DNA of 45,814 bases from the IMG/VR virus record IMGVR_UViG_3300022562_000301, positions 1 through 45,814 of that record; one strand, 5' to 3'. This document shows, piece after piece, positions 1-4,835 of this stretch (position 1 is the first letter of the stretch; every line of letters starts with the position of its first letter). This stretch comes from a virus. The translations under genes and the position numbers were made by a program. The notes beneath the pieces are model-generated. The model made no database searches. It saw only the letters and a list, made by a program, of their open reading frames with translations, and was not told the origin of the DNA.

Positions 1-144
1 GTTCGTGGTTTGTTCCTTTAGTATCATTTAACACTCCTTTCTACTAGTACACATTCATCGTCGGTTTCTTTGATTTCCCAGCGACCTACTACCCTTCCCC
101 ACTGTTTACTAAATAAACCGGGTACAAGGATATAGGTGTGTGCT
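1..144. repeat. Terminal direct repeat: 1-144 is identical to 45671-45814, so the contig closes on itself (unique length 45,670 bp)
   Basis: Read directly: both copies run gttcgtggtttgttcc...ggtgtgtgct. The repeat cuts through coding sequence. The stop of 24..287 overlaps the ATG of the ORF 45458..45697 as ATGA at 24-27. Confidence 0.95.
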
Positions 145-287
145 ACTAGTTCTCCTCTCCAACCGAGATTGAAGTAGTCACTACACTTAGTAAATGACTT
201 CTTCATTGCAGGAATATCGTGAAATATTCCTAGGGGAATTGATACACGGTCCAGGTCCAGGTTTCCTACATACCTTACAATGATCAT
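24..287 (-). CDS. hypothetical early protein (87 aa)
   Basis: ORF in a co-oriented, tightly packed leftward array. ATGA start/stop coupling to the next gene across the circular junction. Confidence 0.65.
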   Translation of the reverse strand: MIIVRYVGNLDLDRVSIPLGIFHDIPAMKKSFTKCSDYFNLGWRGELVAHTYILVPGLFSKQWGRVVGRWEIKETDDECVLVERSVK

Positions 288-288
288 T

Positions 289-474
289 TCATTTCACCTT
301 AATAGGAGCTATGCTTTCGGTGGCATCCCAATAGCCACGCTCTTCTTTGGTTAAGTATAGCTCATAAAGAACACTAGTGTTAGTGAAATTTATGGCTATT
401 GGTGGATTGTCCGGTGCAGAGTTGATTGTACGGATTGTACCATTGGCGTACACAATTCCAACAATGTTCTTCAC
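289..474 (-). CDS. hypothetical early protein (61 aa)
   Basis: GTG start preceded by AAGGAG (minus strand ...TTTTAAGGAGTAACCACTGTG). Its stop abuts the start of 24..287. Confidence 0.6.
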   Translation of the reverse strand: MKNIVGIVYANGTIRTINSAPDNPPIAINFTNTSVLYELYLTKEERGYWDATESIAPIKVK

Positions 475-497
475 AGTGGTTACTCCTTAAAAGTACC

Positions 498-529
498 AGT
501 AGAAAAAAGCCCGCCTTAACAGAGGTTAC
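498..529. repeat. Intergenic repeat, copy A (AGTAGAAAAAAGCCCGCCTTAACAGAGGTTAC)
   Basis: Near-identical to 779-809 (AGTAGAAAAAGCCCGCCTTAATACAGGTTAC). Both lie immediately downstream of a leftward gene's stop. Confidence 0.8.
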
Positions 530-738
530 GAATCGAATTCGGGGTCGATGTAGCAAAAGCCGCGACAGTTGTCCATGGCCTGCACATACTTTCCAAAAGA
601 CTTGGGCCTTGTGTTGGCAAAGTATGCAATGTAGTCGTGAAACACTAGATAGCATAGGTCTGCTAAATCAAGTGTACCTTCTTCAAAGTATGGTCCCCAT
701 ACTCGAAAAGATTTGTCAATCACACCTTCCATAAACAT
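526..738 (-). CDS. hypothetical early protein (70 aa)
   Basis: ORF co-oriented with its neighbours. Competing ORFs 380..655(-) and 426..734(+) overlap it and look spurious. Confidence 0.55.
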   Translation of the reverse strand: MFMEGVIDKSFRVWGPYFEEGTLDLADLCYLVFHDYIAYFANTRPKSFGKYVQAMDNCRGFCYIDPEFDS

Positions 739-754
739 AGTGTTCTCGCTTTCT

Positions 755-795
755 GGCGGGCCTTTTTCTACTAGTACTAGTAGAAAAAGCCCGCC
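755..795. terminator. 41-nt near-perfect palindrome/hairpin (GGCGGGCCTTTTTCTACTAGTACTAGTAGAAAAAGCCCGCC); its right arm starts intergenic repeat copy B (779-809)
   Basis: Arms are complementary apart from one extra C. Centre is CTACTAGTACTAGTAG. Lies between genes 891..1298 and 526..738. No clean U-tract follows it on the minus strand. Confidence 0.55.
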
Positions 796-853
796 TTAAT
801 ACAGGTTACTTCTCGACAAAGGCCAAACGATAGCCCATAGTTTTCTCTTTAAA

Positions 854-880
854 TTAACTCAATAGAAAAGGGTAGGGCAG
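854..880. repeat. Degenerate copy of the GGGTAGG-hairpin repeat family (TTAACTCAATAGAAAAGGGTAGGGCAG)
   Basis: Aligns with 1337-1363 (TTAACTCAATAAAGATAGGGTAGGCAG). Lies just downstream of the stop of 891..1298. Confidence 0.55.
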
Positions 881-890
881 GGTAAGAGGT

Positions 891-1298
891 TTATTCAGTG
901 GCCATTAAGGCGAGATTCCACAACCACTTTTGAAGCATTTTGCAGAAGTGTGTACTTCCACTCACCTGTGTTAGGTGTCCCCAATTATACAGAAGTTTCT
1001 GAGCTTTTTCCTTGTGGGAAGCGTCTCGAACTATCTGTACATGGGCATAAGTACCAGTTCTCTTTTCATAAACAGCAGATGTAATGCTGTCCATGTATGA
1101 GATTTCAGATTTTACTAGGCGAAAATCCAAAGCCTCAAGAAAACTGGTAAGGCCAGGACTATCTTCAACAAAGAAATCCCAATCGTTGCACAGTTTGGGA
1201 CGATTTCTGAATAACATGCTCCCTGTAAGATAGAAGCAGAATTCAGAATTCCTGAGAGTTTCTAGCAAGTTAAACTGGACACCGTGTCCCCTTAACAT
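891..1298 (-). CDS. minimal nucleotidyltransferase-fold protein (Pol-beta superfamily-like), 135 aa
   Basis: LTGS-MLFRNRPKLCN-DWDFFV fits the hG[GS]-x9-13-DhDh signature of Pol-beta-type NTases. Strong RBS: AAGGAGATAGCC then ATG. Confidence 0.45.
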   Translation of the reverse strand: MLRGHGVQFNLLETLRNSEFCFYLTGSMLFRNRPKLCNDWDFFVEDSPGLTSFLEALDFRLVKSEISYMDSITSAVYEKRTGTYAHVQIVRDASHKEKAQKLLYNWGHLTQVSGSTHFCKMLQKWLWNLALMATE

Positions 1299-1316
1299 GG
1301 CTATCTCCTTCTTAGC

Positions 1317-1359
1317 CCTACCCCTCTTTATTGAGTTAACTCAATAAAGATAGGGTAGG
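1317..1359. promoter_or_regulatory. Long hairpin: CCTACCC-ct-[24-nt perfect palindrome CTTTATTGAGTTAACTCAATAAAG]-ata-GGGTAGG
   Basis: Read directly. Sits between the stop of 1403..1864 and the RBS of 891..1298. Confidence 0.7.
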
Positions 1360-1380
1360 CAGAACGGGTGGCTTGCGGGC
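1350..1380 (+). repeat. 31-nt repeat, left copy (ATAGGGTAGGCAGAACGGGTGGCTTGCGGGC)
   Basis: 28/31 identical to the reverse complement of 1890-1920. The two copies form an inverted pair flanking CDS 1403..1864. Confidence 0.85.
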
Positions 1381-1383
1381 GGA

Positions 1384-1408
1384 AACTAGTCACACGTTGT
1401 GACTAGTT
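1384..1408. terminator. 11-bp stem hairpin overlapping the stop codon of 1403..1864 (AACTAGTCACA-cgt-TGTGACTAGTT)
   Basis: Perfect 11-bp arms read directly. No U-tract follows, so terminator function is uncertain. Confidence 0.4.
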
Positions 1409-1864
1409 AAGAAACTGCTTGGCGACACTTGACGGGTCTCGGTCTTTGACGATCGGAGCAAACGTCTTGAGCATCTTTCCAGTGCTTGTGGTCTTGCCAG
1501 CGATAGCATTCCACAAATCCCAAGCATTTGCTGTCGTGAATGCACCAAACAAGGCTTCTACCTTAGTCTTGGGGAAATTGACCCCCTTGTCGATGGTAGC
1601 CTTGCCGGTCTCGAACTGATTTTGCCAGTCGACTGCCAGTTTGGCAGCATAGCTGGCGAAAGTCAAGTTCGGCTCGGACTTGAGCTTTTTCTCAAATTCC
1701 GCATGAAGCGTACGCATGATGCGTCCGTGAGGCGTCAAGTTTTCCTTGGCCCAACGAAGCACCATGATGAGCACAGTGAGAACGTCGGTTTGACGTTCCA
1801 TTTGCTCAAGGGGGACTTGCGTATCTTCGGTGGTAGCTTCAACAACTGTAGTGTCTGTGGACAT
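1403..1864 (-). CDS. hypothetical protein (153 aa) in a GC-richer island, flanked by 31-nt inverted repeats
   Basis: I place the start at ATG 1864, preceded by GGGAGAAAG. The ORF-track GTG at 1945 would translate through the repeat and hairpin. By hand count, 1441-1500 is 31/60 G+C. Confidence 0.6.
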   Translation of the reverse strand: MSTDTTVVEATTEDTQVPLEQMERQTDVLTVLIMVLRWAKENLTPHGRIMRTLHAEFEKKLKSEPNLTFASYAAKLAVDWQNQFETGKATIDKGVNFPKTKVEALFGAFTTANAWDLWNAIAGKTTSTGKMLKTFAPIVKDRDPSSVAKQFLN

Positions 1865-1889
1865 TACTTTCTCCCGTAAAAGAGAACAT

Positions 1890-1920
1890 GCCCACAAGCC
1901 ACTTGTTCTGCCTACCCTAT
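1890..1920 (-). repeat. 31-nt repeat, right (inverted) copy; its end forms the hairpin CCTACCC-TATCC-GGGTAGG (1911-1929)
   Basis: The reverse complement reads ATAGGGTAGGCAGAACAAGTGGCTTGTGGGC. Confidence 0.85.
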
Positions 1921-1945
1921 CCGGGTAGGCAACACGGCGACCCAC

Positions 1946-2575
1946 GAAGGTATCCCACCATCATAATTCAGTTAAACCCACAATGGATCGTGCTCGAATC
2001 AACGTCACACTAGCACCATGCACCTATTAGATTACACCATGCTACGTTGAGCCGTACCCATTAGGAATTTAACCAAACTAGGTGTTAAATCCCTACACCG
2101 ATAGGATCGGCGTGTTGCCCGTGACTCGTTCCTAGGGGGTCCGCGATTCACCCTACGGGCTGTGCCCGCGGAATCCTTGCGGACCATGTGTCCCACCGAA
2201 TATACTAGCTACAGTATACCCGTACGGACGGCACAGTCAGCGATACTCCCGTTTCTATTCAGTTTTCGGAGCCGTCAATTCCAGACGGCTCGTAATTCCC
2301 AACAATTCGCGTTCCTTCCGCGATGGTTGAAACCAGTCTTTACCCGTAAGACGTTTTCGCTTTGCTGCACGCCTACAGGGTCGCACGGGTCGCTCCGTCG
2401 GGATGTCACAATCCTGGCGTAGAGTTCGCCAGTATCGGGCACCCCGTCGATGCCGCCCTTGCGGCATCCGCATTGTTGCCATAATGCGATAAACTCCAGC
2501 CTCGCCCCGCCGCGAGGAAGCGTCCTGCCGCGAGTCGCGGCGGACAGGGAACATATAGCAGTTAGCGTACCAAAC
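1946..2575. ncRNA. GC-rich, hairpin-dense non-coding block: candidate large structured RNA, or an origin/terminus element; family and strand unknown
   Basis: The only ORFs are Arg-rich and mutually overlapping on both strands. Perfect stems seen: 2138-2144/2179-2185 enclosing 2156-2168, 2269-2276/2284-2291, 2449-2456/2461-2468, and 2507-2515/2535-2543. By hand count, 2401-2520 is 74/120 G+C. Confidence 0.35.
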
Positions 2576-2632
2576 ATAGTCCGATAATATCGCCATTTAT
2601 CGGTTGATAATCGACGATATTATCGGACTATG
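2575..2632. promoter_or_regulatory. Perfect 18-bp inverted repeat (CATAGTCCGATAATATCG ... CGATATTATCGGACTATG) with a 22-nt spacer
   Basis: Read directly. The spacer holds a smaller TTATC/GATAA inverted repeat. Lies at the boundary between the GC-rich block and the AT-rich control region. Confidence 0.75.
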
Positions 2633-2643
2633 CCACAATGACA
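2631..2643. promoter_or_regulatory. Operator-like palindromic site 1 (TGCCA-CAA-TGACA)
   Basis: One of three copies of GA(C)TATGyCAnnATGrCAG. Shares flanks with site 3 (GACTATGCCA...). Confidence 0.5.
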
Positions 2644-2663
2644 GTACCCCCAAAAATGAGATA

Positions 2664-2676
2664 TGTCAATATGGCA
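2664..2676. promoter_or_regulatory. Operator-like palindromic site 2 (TGTCA-ATA-TGGCA)
   Basis: Same motif and same orientation, 33 nt after site 1. Confidence 0.5.
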
Positions 2677-2756
2677 GTTACAATTATCTATTCCCTATAA
2701 ATCCCCCCACTTAACATACCTATTATCTCTATCTTACCTATTTTAACATCAGACTA

Positions 2757-2769
2757 TGCCAAAATGGCA
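2757..2769. promoter_or_regulatory. Operator-like palindromic site 3 (TGCCA-AAA-TGGCA; perfect 5-bp half-sites)
   Basis: Perfect inverted half-sites. The flanking GACTATG...CAG matches site 1. Confidence 0.55.
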
Positions 2770-2814
2770 GATTTTCAGGATTTTGAAGTATAAATGTAAT
2801 AATATCGGTGTTAC

Positions 2815-2830
2815 ACGAATTGTTACGGTG
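2815..2830 (-). promoter_or_regulatory. Conserved 16-nt motif, copy 1 (plus strand ACGAATTGTTACGGTG; minus strand CACCGTAACAATTCGT)
   Basis: Same orientation and near-identical sequence at 43586-43601 and 44247-44262. Each copy lies upstream of a block of leftward genes. Confidence 0.5.
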
Positions 2831-3180
2831 AGACTTTAATTCATTGAATTAGTAATTGAAAACTAGAAAAAATGGGCAAGATTGCATATAATACCCTAGA
2901 ATACCCATATCCATGCTATCTTACCATATTTTCTGGTAGGTCTGTAAATTTATAAGCTAAATTGTAATACGCAACGGGGTCGCAGTTAAAGTTTTAATTT
3001 AAATTTGCGCACTTTGGGTAGTATGGACGGGTTTAACCAATTTAACATTCTCCGAGGCCGCCAGACGAGCACGTTAATATGGATAAATTAAAATATCTTG
3101 CCTATTTTATCGCCGAGACCGCCCACCAATTTTCAGTTATTTCTGAAATGAAAATATAAAGTTTGACTTGACCCGGCCTA

Positions 3181-3256
3181 TGGGACTCCTGAAATGGCGG
3201 CGGGTAGATATACCCGCGTAAAGGCAAATTGTAATAATTATATTGTAGGAGTCCCA
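3181..3256 (+). promoter_or_regulatory. Leader stem-loop: TGGGACTCCT (3181-3190) pairs with AGGAGTCCCA (3247-3256), enclosing hairpin GCGGGTA-GATA-TACCCGC (3200-3217)
   Basis: 10-bp perfect complementarity that covers the AGGAG and the first base of ATG 3256. A possible TTGACC(3168-3173)-16 nt-TGAAAT(3190-3195) promoter lies just upstream. Confidence 0.45.
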
Positions 3257-3552
3257 TGATGTGGACCTTTTTAACATTTAAAATCTGTATGATGCCCTTT
3301 GCTATGGGCTGGACAAAAGTATATCCAGCAGGTACAGATTATACTAATTATTGCAAAACCCAGTGTATTTATGAATTCCGGGAAATTGCAATATTAACAG
3401 ATAAACACGGCAACGTAGGTGGTAGTTTAACTAATTTTCAGATAGTACAAAATAGTGCGAGGAGATGTATAGATGCCACTGAAACCCAAGGGAAAGGGGA
3501 AATCCAAGAAAGTTATTTCGGAGAATATAAAGACCGAAATGCGACACGGTAA
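3256..3552 (+). CDS. doubtful ORF (98 aa)
   Basis: Has AGGAG 4 nt upstream. However, it overlaps the better-supported small gene 3473..3613 by 80 nt in another frame, and it has no recognisable features. Confidence 0.25.
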   Translation: MMWTFLTFKICMMPFAMGWTKVYPAGTDYTNYCKTQCIYEFREIAILTDKHGNVGGSLTNFQIVQNSARRCIDATETQGKGEIQESYFGEYKDRNATR

Positions 3553-3613
3553 AAGTAAAAAGCAAGCAGTAGCCATAGCATTGAACTCCGCGAAGCGGAA
3601 AAAAGGTAAATAG
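3473..3613 (+). CDS. small, highly basic protein (46 aa: MPLKPKGKGKSKKVISENIKTEMRHGKSKKQAVAIALNSAKRKKGK); not in the ORF track
   Basis: GAGGAG lies 8 nt upstream of the ATG. The 'GKSKKQAVAIAL' core resembles, from memory, a small protein family common in phages. Ends 6 nt before the next gene. Confidence 0.6.
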   Translation: MPLKPKGKGKSKKVISENIKTEMRHGKSKKQAVAIALNSAKRKKGK

Positions 3614-3619
3614 ACTCCT

Positions 3620-4174
3620 GTGATAGTTACAGGTTGCCAGCGATCAGGCACTAAATCAATGGCAATACTCTTAGGTATTAGCCATGAAGAACAATTCAAT
3701 ACTTTTACCGACTTTCATAATTTACCACGACTACCCCGTAGTGAATCCTCTTGGTTGTTTGCTCCCTTTATTAAACGATACCCCAACCTTCAGATTTTAC
3801 ACATTACCAGAAATCCTATAGATGTTATAAGTTCCCTAATAGGGACTGGATTTTGGCATAATGAAGATACTGTTCTAGATAGCCAACACAAACCCTATAG
3901 AGACTATATCAATAAATTTATAGAATTAAAAGGTAGGAATCCTATTGAATTATCAGTAGAATACTATATAAAATGGAATAAATTAATAGAAAATTCCCGT
4001 AGGAATCCTATACCTAGAGTACGGATAGAGGATATTAAATTTATGCAACGATACAATAGTAGAAAAAGGGAAGATGTAAGTATAAGTATATTAAGAAAAA
4101 ACACTAGTGATAACTTATATGGAACATTATTAACTATGGGTCATGGATATGGGTACAATACCTCTGGACTGTGA
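3620..4174 (+). CDS. sulfotransferase-family protein (184 aa)
   Basis: N-terminal GCQRSGTKS resembles the PAPS 5'-phosphosulfate-binding loop. ITRNPIDVISS resembles the 3'-phosphate-binding RxPxDxxxS motif. GTG start. Confidence 0.6.
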   Translation: MIVTGCQRSGTKSMAILLGISHEEQFNTFTDFHNLPRLPRSESSWLFAPFIKRYPNLQILHITRNPIDVISSLIGTGFWHNEDTVLDSQHKPYRDYINKFIELKGRNPIELSVEYYIKWNKLIENSRRNPIPRVRIEDIKFMQRYNSRKREDVSISILRKNTSDNLYGTLLTMGHGYGYNTSGL

Positions 4175-4183
4175 GTTTGTCTT

Positions 4184-4585
4184 ATGCCCAGTCTTCCACA
4201 GTTAGCACATAGTCAATATCCTAACCCAGAGCAGAGTGATTATCATTCTGTTAATGATATGACTATGGTGCATGGATTAATGAAAAATCCTCGCTACAAT
4301 ATCCCCGATAATTTAAGAGATAAAATAATTAAAACTGCTGGGCAACTATTAGATAGTGATATTGAAGACCCTGTGAAAAAAGCTAGTACTCAATTAGCAG
4401 CAGCTAAAGTATTACTAGAAGCCGATAAACGTAATATAGACATAGTTCGTCTATCTATGCCACAGAAACATATGCACATTAATGTGCAGCAAGCAAGTAC
4501 TGAACAACTTCAAGCACAACTAAAAGAACTATTATTAAATAACCCATCACTTATACCAGTGGAGATAGTAAAAAATGGACAGTAA
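4184..4585 (+). CDS. hypothetical protein (133 aa); small-terminase candidate by position only
   Basis: Lies upstream of the large terminase. No motif recognised. Confidence 0.6.
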   Translation: MPSLPQLAHSQYPNPEQSDYHSVNDMTMVHGLMKNPRYNIPDNLRDKIIKTAGQLLDSDIEDPVKKASTQLAAAKVLLEADKRNIDIVRLSMPQKHMHINVQQASTEQLQAQLKELLLNNPSLIPVEIVKNGQ

Positions 4586-4835
4586 TAATAATACTAAATT
4601 AGCAACCGATTATCTTCCATATATCCCTACTGAAGATATATTCAGAGAACTAGAAAAACGTTATGATAATTATGTATTTGTATTTAATAGGCCAGGACGA
4701 ACTTCGTCCTTTAAAGAAGTAGATGTTCATCTCTATGGCTATACCATTGAACTATTAGGTCTTGCTGACTATGCAAGATTATTCATTGGACGTATTGCAA
4801 AAGGTATAGTCAATGAGCAATTTAGAGATGAATAA
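4575..4835 (+). CDS. hypothetical protein (86 aa)
   Basis: Short overlaps with both neighbours, typical of a packed operon. Confidence 0.6.
   Translation: MDSNNNTKLATDYLPYIPTEDIFRELEKRYDNYVFVFNRPGRTSSFKEVDVHLYGYTIELLGLADYARLFIGRIAKGIVNEQFRDE

Noticed and set aside
380-734. ORFs 380..655(-) and 426..734(+)
   Set aside because: They overlap the better-supported co-oriented genes 289..474 (AAGGAG plus GTG) and 526..738. The plus-strand one would run against the whole early arm.
891-1864. HEPN-MNT type VII toxin-antitoxin pair
   Set aside because: 891..1298 has an MNT-like NTase signature, and 1403..1864 contains R-x5-H (RIMRTLH). However, that motif is N-proximal rather than in the usual C-terminal position. 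The gene order is reversed relative to known pairs, and the genes are separated by 104 bp with a hairpin. The evidence is too weak to call.
2162-2596. ORFs 2162..2422(+), 2255..2596(-) and 2275..2577(-) inside the GC-rich block
   Set aside because: They overlap one another on both strands. They are Arg/Pro/Ser-rich with no motifs or RBS, and they are the expected by-product of GC-rich non-coding DNA in an AT-rich genome.
3052-3123. Direct repeat CCGAGGCCGCC (3052-3062) / CCGAGACCGCC (3113-3123) in the control region
   Set aside because: There are only two imperfect 11-nt copies with no associated symmetry or obvious partner, so it cannot be distinguished from chance GC-rich patches without comparative data.
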